NCBI GenBank assembly: GCA_040081625.1
Contig: JBEBGD010000016.1
Coordinates: 1 to 64,000 of the forward strand
From: Chthoniobacteraceae bacterium
Lineage (GTDB): Bacteria; Verrucomicrobiota; Verrucomicrobiia; Chthoniobacterales; Chthoniobacteraceae
Reading direction: 5' to 3'
DNA: 64,000 nt
Made by a program: the position numbers and the translations under genes. A model generated the notes under the pieces. It ran no database searches. It saw nothing but the letters and a program-made list of their open reading frames with translations, and was not told the DNA's origin. Below are positions 1 through 7,769 of the stretch, in pieces. Each line of letters starts with the position of its first letter. The first letter of the stretch is position 1.

Positions 1-1038
1 GCGGTCGCCTGCGACCATGGAGATGACGATGATCACGAGCACGGCTGCGGCTACGGTCCATAGCATCCGGGAGAGTTGCAGGTGCCTGACGGCGGGCAGG
101 GTTAGGACTCCGCGCGCGGTATCGAGGTCCGTCTTCATGGCGGCGGCGCGTTGATAGCGACGCGGGAGGTCCTGCTGCATGGCGCGGTCGATGATGCCGT
201 CGATGCGGTGGTCGCAGCCCACGCGGCGGGAGGCGCGGGTGAAGACGCCGTGCGGCAGGTCGTCGCATAGCATCTCATAGAGGATCACGCCGAGGCTGAA
301 GAGGTCGCCCCTCTCGTCGGGGGGCTGGCCCTGCCGCTGTTCGGGGGACATGTAGTCGAGCGAGCCGAAGGCGCTCGGGCTGGTGGTGAGCTTGAGCATG
401 GACGAGCCCTTGCGGATGAGGGCGGCGACGCCGAAGTCGGCCAGCTTCACGCGCCCGGCGGTGTCTATCACGATGTTGGCGGGCTTCACGTCGCGGTGGA
501 CGATTCCATTGCCATGTGCCCAGTCGAGCGCGCTGCAGACCTGGGAGGCGATGTCCAGTGCCTCGGCGGCGGGCAGGCGGCCACCGCGCATCCGCTCGGC
601 GAGGTTGGTGCCTTCTATGAACTCCATGACGAGGTAGGACTGCCCGGCCGCGGTCTGGCCATAGTCATGGATGGTGACGATGTTCGGATGGCTGAGGCGG
701 GCCATGGCGCGGGCTTCGCTCTCGAAGCGCTCGGTGAAGTCGCCGCTGCCGGCCAGCCTGGCGGGCAGGAGCTTGAGGGCGACGACCCTCCCGAGGGTGC
801 GCTGCCGGGCTTTATAGACATGGCCCATGCCGCCGCGCCCGATGAGCGCGACGATCTCGAACTGCGGAAAGTCGCGCTGGATGTCTTCGATCCTGGGCAG
901 CGGCTCGGAGGCCGGGCGACCTCCGGGCACGGAGGCACCCAGGCTGAAGAGCCTGTGGAGGATCTCCTCCAGCTGTGCCGTCGGGGCCGTCGGCAGAGGA
1001 TTGGGGTCAGGAGTGGGTGGCTGTTCAGACTCCGACAT
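1..1038 (-). CDS. Hanks-type Ser/Thr protein kinase with transmembrane helix (3' end runs off the window)
   Basis: Manual translation from ATG at 1038 (not in the ORF track because it has no stop in the window): IGRGGMGHVYKA, VALKLL, HPNIV, HRDVKPAN, KLADFG, YMSPEQ, DLFSLGVILYEM, then hydrophobic LWTVAAAVLVIIVISMV. Confidence 0.95.
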   Translation of the reverse strand, partial: MSESEQPPTPDPNPLPTAPTAQLEEILHRLFSLGASVPGGRPASEPLPRIEDIQRDFPQFEIVALIGRGGMGHVYKARQRTLGRVVALKLLPARLAGSGDFTERFESEARAMARLSHPNIVTIHDYGQTAAGQSYLVMEFIEGTNLAERMRGGRLPAAEALDIASQVCSALDWAHGNGIVHRDVKPANIVIDTAGRVKLADFGVAALIRKGSSMLKLTTSPSAFGSLDYMSPEQRQGQPPDERGDLFSLGVILYEMLCDDLPHGVFTRASRRVGCDHRIDGIIDRAMQQDLPRRYQRAAAMKTDLDTARGVLTLPAVRHLQLSRMLWTVAAAVLVIIVISMVAGDR

Positions 1039-1311
1039 GGGGAAGGAGCGGAGGCCTCGTGGCGGGAGGCGCTACACGGAGGATCATCAAGGGTGGAGGA
1101 ATGTCACGAATTATCCCGTCGCCTGGGCGCGAAGCTGCCGCCTCTCGCGCTCGCGGACGCGGTGGAGCGAGTTCGCCGCATGCTTCCTCCGGAGTCGAGA
1201 GACGCCGCCTCCTGAGCCGAACGAACCCGCCTCAAAAGCCACAAGAAGGCAGGTCGGAAGGTGTGGGAGACGGCGCCTCCGGACTCCGCAGAGAGCGCTT
1301 TTTGAGTCGGT

Positions 1312-1845
1312 TCAAGCGCGCCGCGGCGTGAGATGTCCGATGGATTCGGTGGTCGGGTGCGGGCCGGGTAACGGCCCTGGTTGACTGTCAGAAGCGACCT
1401 CTCGCCGCTGGAGGTTCCCCCCGGTCGCTCCAGCGGCGTCGCCACGGTCTGACGGTTCCCCGGCACCAGTGGCCGGCCCGATGGGGATGAGCAGCGCGAT
1501 GTGAACCGAGCTGCGGATCAATTCGTCCTCTCGAACTTCAACGAAGAGCTGCTGCGGGCCGCGGAGGACCGCCGGCCAGGTGCCCACGATCTTCACGTCG
1601 CTCCAGCGCTCGTAGTCGCGCGCGCGCTCGAGGTGGAGGCTGGGCCTTGAGAGCAGATAGACGCCGATGTCGCCCGGCAAGTCCGTGTGATCGCCGAAGC
1701 CGGCGCCGGCGATGGTGAACTGGCCGCCGGGGGTGAAGCAGTTGGCCCGGCCGCTCGTATTATCGAGCACAGAGTCGATCCGCAATCGACTCCTCGGGGC
1801 GGTGCGGACGGCGGGTGCGGGTGAGATTGGGGCTGAAGTGCTCAT
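1312..1845 (-). CDS. Hypothetical protein, probable Ig-like (IPT/DUF4469-like) fold
   Basis: IDSVLDNTSGRANCFTPGGQFTIAGAGFG resembles IPT/DUF4469-type Ig starts; the last ~50 aa are low-complexity and overlap a DNA hairpin. Confidence 0.55.
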   Translation of the reverse strand: MSTSAPISPAPAVRTAPRSRLRIDSVLDNTSGRANCFTPGGQFTIAGAGFGDHTDLPGDIGVYLLSRPSLHLERARDYERWSDVKIVGTWPAVLRGPQQLFVEVREDELIRSSVHIALLIPIGPATGAGEPSDRGDAAGATGGNLQRREVASDSQPGPLPGPHPTTESIGHLTPRRA

Positions 1846-1921
1846 TCACCTGCGGATACACTTCTCGCGGCCGTTTGTTACAGACTCGGCGAAAATAGTC
1901 GCCGTTTTCCGGGCCGTCAGC

Positions 1922-3160
1922 TCACCACGCGATGGCCTTGATCCGGCGGGCGACCTCCTGCGCGTTGGCGAGGGTGTTGAAGGCGCTGATGCGGAAGTAG
2001 CCCTCGCCGGCACTGCCGAAGCCGCTGCCGGGGGTGATCACGACGTTGGCTTCGCCGAGCATGCGGTCGAACATCTGCCAGCTCGTGAGGCCGGGGGGCG
2101 TGGAGCACCAGATGTAAGGGGCGTTCACGCCGCCGAAGACCTGCCACCCGACGGCAGCCGCGGCTTCGCGGAGAATCTTCGCATTCCCCATGTAGTGAGT
2201 GATGAGGGCGGCGACCTGCGCTTTCCCCTCGGGCGTGTAGAGCGCCTCGGCACCCCGCTGGGTGATGTAGCTGACGCCGTTGAACTTCGTGGTGTGCCGG
2301 CGTGCCCAGAGGGGGTGAAGCGGGATGCGCTCGCCGCTGGTGGGGCTGGCGAGGAGGGTCTTCGGCACCACGATGAAGGCGCAGCGGGTGCCGGTGAAGC
2401 CGCCATTCTTGCTAAAGCTGCGGAACTCGATGGCGCACTCGCGCGCGCCGGGGATCTCGTAGATGGAGCGGGGGAGCGCCGGGTCGCTGATGTAGGCTTC
2501 GTAGGCCGCATCGAAGAGGATGAGCGAGCCGTGGTGCCGCGCATACTCGACCCACGCGGTGAGCTGCTCCCTGGTGGCGACGGCGCCGGTCGGGTTGTTG
2601 GGAAAGCAGAGATAGATGACATCCACGACCTCGCTCGGCGGTTCGGGGATGAAGCCATTTTCCGCCGTGCCGCGCAGGTAGGTGAGCCCGCCGTAGGAGC
2701 CGCTCTCGTCGGCCTCGCTGGTGCGACCGGCCATCACGTTCGTATCGACATAGACGGGATAGACCGGGTCGGTGACCGCGATGCGGTTGTCCGGGCCGAG
2801 CACGTCGAGGATGTTTCCGCAGTCGCACTTGGAGCCGTCGGAGACGAAGATCTCGTCGTCCGCGACCTCGATGCCGCGGGCGCGAAAGTCGTGCTCCGCG
2901 ATGGCGCTGCGGAGCCAGTCGTAGCCCTGCTCAGGCCCGTAGCCGTGGAAACCCTCGCGGGTTCCCATGTCGTCGATCGCCTTGTGCATCGCCGCGCGCA
3001 CCGCCTCGGGCAGCGGCTCGGTCACGTCGCCGATTCCGCAGCGGATGATGCGCTTTGCGGCATCGGGGTTCGCCTCGGCAAAGGCTTTCACGCGCCGCGC
3101 GATCTCAGGGAAGAGATAGCCGGCTTTGAGCTTCAGGTAATTGTCGTTGAGGTAGGCCAT
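1922..3160 (-). CDS. dapL: LL-diaminopimelate aminotransferase
   Basis: [68 protein letters not shown] (PLP Lys), PGSGFG. Confidence 0.97.
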   Translation of the reverse strand: MAYLNDNYLKLKAGYLFPEIARRVKAFAEANPDAAKRIIRCGIGDVTEPLPEAVRAAMHKAIDDMGTREGFHGYGPEQGYDWLRSAIAEHDFRARGIEVADDEIFVSDGSKCDCGNILDVLGPDNRIAVTDPVYPVYVDTNVMAGRTSEADESGSYGGLTYLRGTAENGFIPEPPSEVVDVIYLCFPNNPTGAVATREQLTAWVEYARHHGSLILFDAAYEAYISDPALPRSIYEIPGARECAIEFRSFSKNGGFTGTRCAFIVVPKTLLASPTSGERIPLHPLWARRHTTKFNGVSYITQRGAEALYTPEGKAQVAALITHYMGNAKILREAAAAVGWQVFGGVNAPYIWCSTPPGLTSWQMFDRMLGEANVVITPGSGFGSAGEGYFRISAFNTLANAQEVARRIKAIAW

Positions 3161-3271
3161 GGGCGGAAAAGTGGGCCGCGCATGTAGCCGCGCCCGTCCG
3201 CCACGGAAAGGGCGAAATCATCCGCAGCGGTGCGCGCGCTCGACCCCCCGGACGAGCGCGCGACGCCGCGA

Positions 3272-3712
3272 TCAGGCTGCAAGAGATTGCAAGCCGGACT
3301 CCAAAACAGGCTCATCGAGAACCTCACGCACCGTGGTGAGGAACTGCTCCGAGCAAAAAGGCCAGGCCAGCACGCGGGCGGGCGGCTCAACGTCGAGGGC
3401 GATCAGGCCCGTGGCCAGCAGGACGACCGGCATGTGCGGGCGCGTCGTGCGAAGCCGGCGCACCATGTCGTTGATTGCGACTGGCGAGCGGCGCGCGCTG
3501 ACGAGCATCAGGTCGAACTTCTCACCTTCCCGCACCATTCGGCCCGCTGTCTCAGCATCGCTCGCGACGAGCACACGGTGGCCGGCCGGGCGGAGGATGG
3601 CTGCGAAAAGGTTCGCCATTTCGCTCGAAGCATCCACGACGAGGATGGTCTTGCGGCTCTCGCTCTGTGCGTGCGCCAGGGCGGTGATGGGAGGGGTGGG
3701 GAGCGTGTTCAT
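3272..3712 (-). CDS. Stand-alone pseudo-receiver (REC-like) domain protein
   Basis: CheY-like pattern KTILVVD...GHRVLVA...FDLMLV...MPVVLL...PF..L...VREVL, but the canonical Asp and Lys positions are substituted. Confidence 0.75.
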   Translation of the reverse strand: MNTLPTPPITALAHAQSESRKTILVVDASSEMANLFAAILRPAGHRVLVASDAETAGRMVREGEKFDLMLVSARRSPVAINDMVRRLRTTRPHMPVVLLATGLIALDVEPPARVLAWPFCSEQFLTTVREVLDEPVLESGLQSLAA

Positions 3713-3721
3713 GGGGATTTT

Positions 3722-4273
3722 TTACGCAGCGAACGAGGCAGGACAGCGCCGGGCGTTTTCGACGCGCCCGGACGCTGCCTCCTCTGTTTGCCTCTCATTC
3801 TCCGATTCCTCTGGGACCGTTCTAGCCGCTGGGGTGTTGGTGGTGTGGGTAAAAAATTCGACGCCCGCTTCGCCGGCCATCTCGCGCAGTTCGCGTCGGA
3901 TGGATCGGACGTGCAGTTGATGGGCGCCTTCGAAGATCGCCATGAGGTTCACCTGCCGGTCACCGACCAGCGGCAGCCACGCCTTCAGCCAAGCCCATGC
4001 GGCATCCGGCAGTTCGCGGTCGCCGCGGAGCGAGAGGATGACGAAGTCCGAGTTCGCCGCGGTATGTGCGAGTTCGTCCGCATTGCCGGGCTCGGCGAAT
4101 AGGTCGAGCCTCCAAAGTGACTCGTTGCTGCCGCCACCCGCGCCGAGCGTGTTCGAGAGGGCCGACGCGAAGGCGCGACCGCGCTCGCCGGCGGCGAAGT
4201 CATCGTAGGCGATGAACGATCGCAGCGCGGAGGCGGGTCCGTTTGTAAGGTGGTTAAGGGGAAGCGTTTTCAT
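3722..4273 (-). CDS. Conserved hypothetical protein (Verrucomicrobia-type, alpha/beta receiver-like)
   Basis: IAYDDFAAG...LWRLDLF...DFVILS...LPDAAWAWLKAW resembles a hypothetical family recalled from Verrucomicrobia; ATG at 4273 preferred over TTG at 4297; co-oriented 9 bp upstream of the REC-like gene. Confidence 0.65.
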   Translation of the reverse strand: MKTLPLNHLTNGPASALRSFIAYDDFAAGERGRAFASALSNTLGAGGGSNESLWRLDLFAEPGNADELAHTAANSDFVILSLRGDRELPDAAWAWLKAWLPLVGDRQVNLMAIFEGAHQLHVRSIRRELREMAGEAGVEFFTHTTNTPAARTVPEESENERQTEEAASGRVENARRCPASFAA

Positions 4274-4394
4274 CTCGGTTGACGGGTTGGGAATCAAGCC
4301 CGCGCCATGCCGCTGGCACTGCGGGGGATTCCCGGTCTTCCATTGCGGTTTCTATGTAGATGCGCGGCGTGAAATGCCGCCGCCGCAACGACCC

Positions 4395-7300
4395 TCAGAA
4401 CGATTCGATCAGCTTCAGGACCGCGAGCAATCGCCGCGTCGGATCACTCTCCTGCACACGCGGAAACTTCCCGCCGATCTGCACGTAGCTGCCCGCACGC
4501 ATGAGCATCACACGATCTTCGCGCACCTCGACGACGCTGAACTGGCGGCCCTGCGCGGCGACTTTCAGCGCGGTGAGGCGCAGTAGATTCTCGGCGGCTT
4601 CCGGGAGCGGGCCGAAGCGATCGCGCCACGTTTCGCGCAGCGCGTCGAGTTGCTCCTGCGCGCCGACTTCCGCCAGCCGGCGGTAGGCCTGGATGCGCGG
4701 CGCGCTCTCCGCGATGTAGCTCGTCGGGAGAAATGCGGGCGCCAGCCCGGGCGACTCGGCGATCTCCGCCTCGCGCAGCGCCACGAAGTCGAGCTTCAGC
4801 ACCACCTCCAGCCGTCCCGCGCCGGCTTCGCCTTTCAATTTCGCGACCGCCTGTCGCAACAGCGCGCAATACAGGTCGAAGCCGATGCTGATGATGTGCC
4901 CGCTCTGCTGCGTGCCGAGGATGTTCCCCGCGCCGCGGATCTCCAGGTCGCGCATCGCGATTTTGAAACCCGCGCCGAGCGAGCTGTATTGCTTGATCGC
5001 ATTGATGCGCCGCCGCGCCTCGCCCACCGTCATCAAGCCCGCCGGCAGCATGAGATACGCATACGCCTTGTGCTGCGCGCGGCCCACGCGTCCGCGGAGC
5101 TGGTAGAGATCCGCGAGCCCGAAGCGATCCGCGCGGTCGATGATGATCGTGTTCGCGTTCGGAATATCGAGCCCGCTCTCGATGATCGTCGTCGAGACGA
5201 GCACATCGGCCTCGGCGTTCACGAACTTGTGCATCACGTCCTCCAGCTCGTGCTCATCCATCTGCCCGTGCCCGGTGAGCACCCGCGCATTCGGGCACAG
5301 CTCGCCGATGCGGCGCGCGACCTTCTGGATCGACTCGATCCGGTTGTGCAGAAAATACACCTGCCCCTGCCGCGCCAGCTCGCGGTTGATCGCGTCGCGG
5401 ATGATCCGCTCGTCGTAAGGACAGATCAGCGTTTCGATCGGGATGCGGTTCGCCGGCGGCGTCTCGATGGTGCTCATGTCCTTCGCGCCCATGAGCGAGA
5501 GGTAGAGCGTGCGCGGGATCGGCGTGGCCGAAAGCGTGAGCATGTCCACCAGCCGGAACATCTCCTTGAACCGCTCCTTGTGCAGCACGCCGAAGCGCTG
5601 CTCCTCGTCGATCACGACCAGCCCGAGGTTCTTGAAGACGATGTCCTTCGAGATGAGCCGGTGCGTGCCGACGACGATATCGACCGAGCCATCGAGCAAT
5701 CCCTGCACGGTCTTGCGCTGCTCGCCCTGCGTGCGGAATCGGCTGAGCAGATCGACCGTGATCGGGTAATCGCTCATGCGCTCGCGCAGCGTGCGGTAGT
5801 GCTGCTCGGCGAGCACCGTCGTCGGCACGAGCAGCGCGACTTGCTTGCCGCCCATCACCGCCTTGAACGCCGCGCGGATCGCGACCTCGGTCTTTCCGAA
5901 GCCCACGTCGCCGCAGATGAGCCGGTCCATCGGCCGCGCCGTCTCCATGTCCGCCTTCACCGTGGCGATGGCGCTGATCTGGTCGGGCGTTTCCTTGTAG
6001 AGAAAGGACGCCTCGAACTCCTGCTCCCACTTGGTGTCCGGCGGAAAGGCGTGGCCGACCTGCGTCTCGCGCTCGGCGTGATGGCGGAGCAGTTGCCCCG
6101 CGTAGTCGAAGACCGACTTCTCCGCGCTCTTCTTCGCGCGCGCCCACTTCGGATCGCCGAGCGTCGAGAGCGGCGGATTCCTTTTCCCCACGCCCACATA
6201 GCGCGACACCATGAAGCTCTGCTCGAGCGGCACGTAGAGCTTCGCGCGCTCGGCAAACTCGAGCACGAGCACGTCCTCGGTCGTCTCGCCGCGCGGCACC
6301 GTGCGCATCCCGTCGTAGCGCCCGATGCCGTGCTCGAGATGCACGACCAGTTCGCCCTCGGTCAGCTCGGAGAAGTCGATCTGCACCCGCGTCTGCGCGA
6401 GCCGCGCCCGCTGCAGCGCCATGCGTCGAGAGCGCGTGTTGCGATAACGCCCGAACAACTCCGCATCGCTCAGCAGCGCGAGCTTCCCCGCCGGGAAGGT
6501 GAACCCGCGCGAAAGCGGCCCGATGGAAAAGTGCAGCGCATCCGCCTCGACCGGCGGCACCAACTCGCGCAGCCGCTCGATCTCGCCCTCGTTGTTGCAG
6601 AAGATGTGGACGTGCCAGCCGTCGCGCCGCCACTCGCCGAGCTGGTCGAAGAACCCCTCGCGCTTGTGCTCATCGACGATGAAATCCCCCGCCGCGAACT
6701 CGCCCAGCCCGTGATCGAAAAACGCGCACGAGAAATCCTCGCCGACGGAGTCCGCAGATGAGGAAACCACGGATATCACGGATGGCACGGATGAGGCGCC
6801 GCCGTGCGGTGTCTGTTCCGTATCCGTGCCATCCGTGTAATCCGTGGTTGATCCATCCGTGGTCTCCGCGCCCTCAAGAAAGCGCACCTGCGCCGCGAGC
6901 CACGAGCCTCCCGCGTCGATGGTCAGGTCTTCGTCGCCGATCAGATCCGCGAGCCGGCACGTGCGCTTCGCTCCCGCGGCGTCGCCGAGCAGGAGCGTGA
7001 TCGCCTCGACCTGCTGCACGCTCGTCTGCGCATCGAGATCGAAGTGGCGGAGCGAATCGATCTCGTCGCCGAACAACTCGACGCGCGCCGGCAGCGAGTG
7101 ATGAAACGAGAACACGTCGAGAATCCCGCCGCGCACCGCGAACTGCCCGCGCTGCGAAACCTGCGCGACGTGCTCGTAACCCGCGTCGGCGAGCTGCCGC
7201 AGCAGCTTGTCGCGGTCGAGCCGCGTCCCGCGCTTCAGCACCGTCTCGAGCTGCCCAAACGATTCCGACGTCGGCACCGCCTCGTCGAGACTCGCTTTCG

Positions 7301-7715
7301 TGAGCACCACGACGGAGGGAAGAGTTTCGGGTTTTTGGTTTCGAGTTTCGGGTTTGCTGCCGCCCGAAACCCGGGACTCGAAACTCGAAACCCGATGCAG
7401 CACCGCCAGCCGCTCGGCGACGTTCTCGGGATCAGCAATCGCGCCTTCCACCGGCGCGATCTCCTGCTCGGGATAAAACAGCGCGTCGGGCAGCCAGTGG
7501 AGCAGTTCGTTGTGCAGCGCCTCCTGCGCGGCCTGCATCTCGCACACGATCCACACGCGCCGCTTTGCTCCGCGTGCGAGCACCGCGGCGAGCGTCGCGC
7601 GGGCCGCGGTGACGATGTGCTCGAACGCACTCGCCTCACCCTTGCGGACACGCGCGAGCTTCTCCGCCATCGGCGGCGCGGCGGCGATGAGTTGGAGCAC
7701 GTCGGGCGTCTTCAC
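4395..7715 (-). CDS. mfd: Transcription-repair coupling factor Mfd
   Basis: UvrB-homology region (FAVRGGILDVF), CarD-like RID (VVHLEHGIGRY), Walker A GDVGFGKTEVA, DEEQRFG, SATPIPRT, QLRGRVGR, DLEIRGAGNILG, TRCF C-terminal domain. Confidence 0.98.
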   Translation of the reverse strand: MKTPDVLQLIAAAPPMAEKLARVRKGEASAFEHIVTAARATLAAVLARGAKRRVWIVCEMQAAQEALHNELLHWLPDALFYPEQEIAPVEGAIADPENVAERLAVLHRVSSFESRVSGGSKPETRNQKPETLPSVVVLTKASLDEAVPTSESFGQLETVLKRGTRLDRDKLLRQLADAGYEHVAQVSQRGQFAVRGGILDVFSFHHSLPARVELFGDEIDSLRHFDLDAQTSVQQVEAITLLLGDAAGAKRTCRLADLIGDEDLTIDAGGSWLAAQVRFLEGAETTDGSTTDYTDGTDTEQTPHGGASSVPSVISVVSSSADSVGEDFSCAFFDHGLGEFAAGDFIVDEHKREGFFDQLGEWRRDGWHVHIFCNNEGEIERLRELVPPVEADALHFSIGPLSRGFTFPAGKLALLSDAELFGRYRNTRSRRMALQRARLAQTRVQIDFSELTEGELVVHLEHGIGRYDGMRTVPRGETTEDVLVLEFAERAKLYVPLEQSFMVSRYVGVGKRNPPLSTLGDPKWARAKKSAEKSVFDYAGQLLRHHAERETQVGHAFPPDTKWEQEFEASFLYKETPDQISAIATVKADMETARPMDRLICGDVGFGKTEVAIRAAFKAVMGGKQVALLVPTTVLAEQHYRTLRERMSDYPITVDLLSRFRTQGEQRKTVQGLLDGSVDIVVGTHRLISKDIVFKNLGLVVIDEEQRFGVLHKERFKEMFRLVDMLTLSATPIPRTLYLSLMGAKDMSTIETPPANRIPIETLICPYDERIIRDAINRELARQGQVYFLHNRIESIQKVARRIGELCPNARVLTGHGQMDEHELEDVMHKFVNAEADVLVSTTIIESGLDIPNANTIIIDRADRFGLADLYQLRGRVGRAQHKAYAYLMLPAGLMTVGEARRRINAIKQYSSLGAGFKIAMRDLEIRGAGNILGTQQSGHIISIGFDLYCALLRQAVAKLKGEAGAGRLEVVLKLDFVALREAEIAESPGLAPAFLPTSYIAESAPRIQAYRRLAEVGAQEQLDALRETWRDRFGPLPEAAENLLRLTALKVAAQGRQFSVVEVREDRVMLMRAGSYVQIGGKFPRVQESDPTRRLLAVLKLIESF
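6765..6849. repeat. Palindromic element of 9-bp-period CACGGAT repeats, in frame inside mfd
   Basis: Left arm aaccacggatatcacggatggcacggat (6765-6792) and right arm atccgtgccatccgtgtaatccgtggtt (6822-6849) are reverse complements at 26/28 positions; 29-nt loop. Confidence 0.9.
7322..7395. repeat. Palindromic element of 7-bp-period GTTTCGR/CGAAACY repeats, in frame inside mfd
   Basis: GTTTCGG GTTTTTG GTTTCGA GTTTCGG (7324-7351) faces CGAAACC CGGGACT CGAAACT CGAAACC (7365-7392). Confidence 0.85.
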
Positions 7716-7769
7716 GAAAGGCGGCAGACATCACGCAGCGCGTCCCCGCGCGCAAGCGGGCGCTCCGCG

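Noticed and set aside
1248..1266. SRP (4.5S) RNA, suggested by CAGGTCGGAAG
   Set aside because: The conserved GGAAGCAG continuation and the helix-8 symmetry are absent.
4295..4320. Sigma-54 promoter upstream of the 191-aa ORF
   Set aside because: Only GG-N10-GC spacing (CGGCATGGCGCGGGC) is present and the TTGC element is missing, which is too weak in GC-rich DNA.
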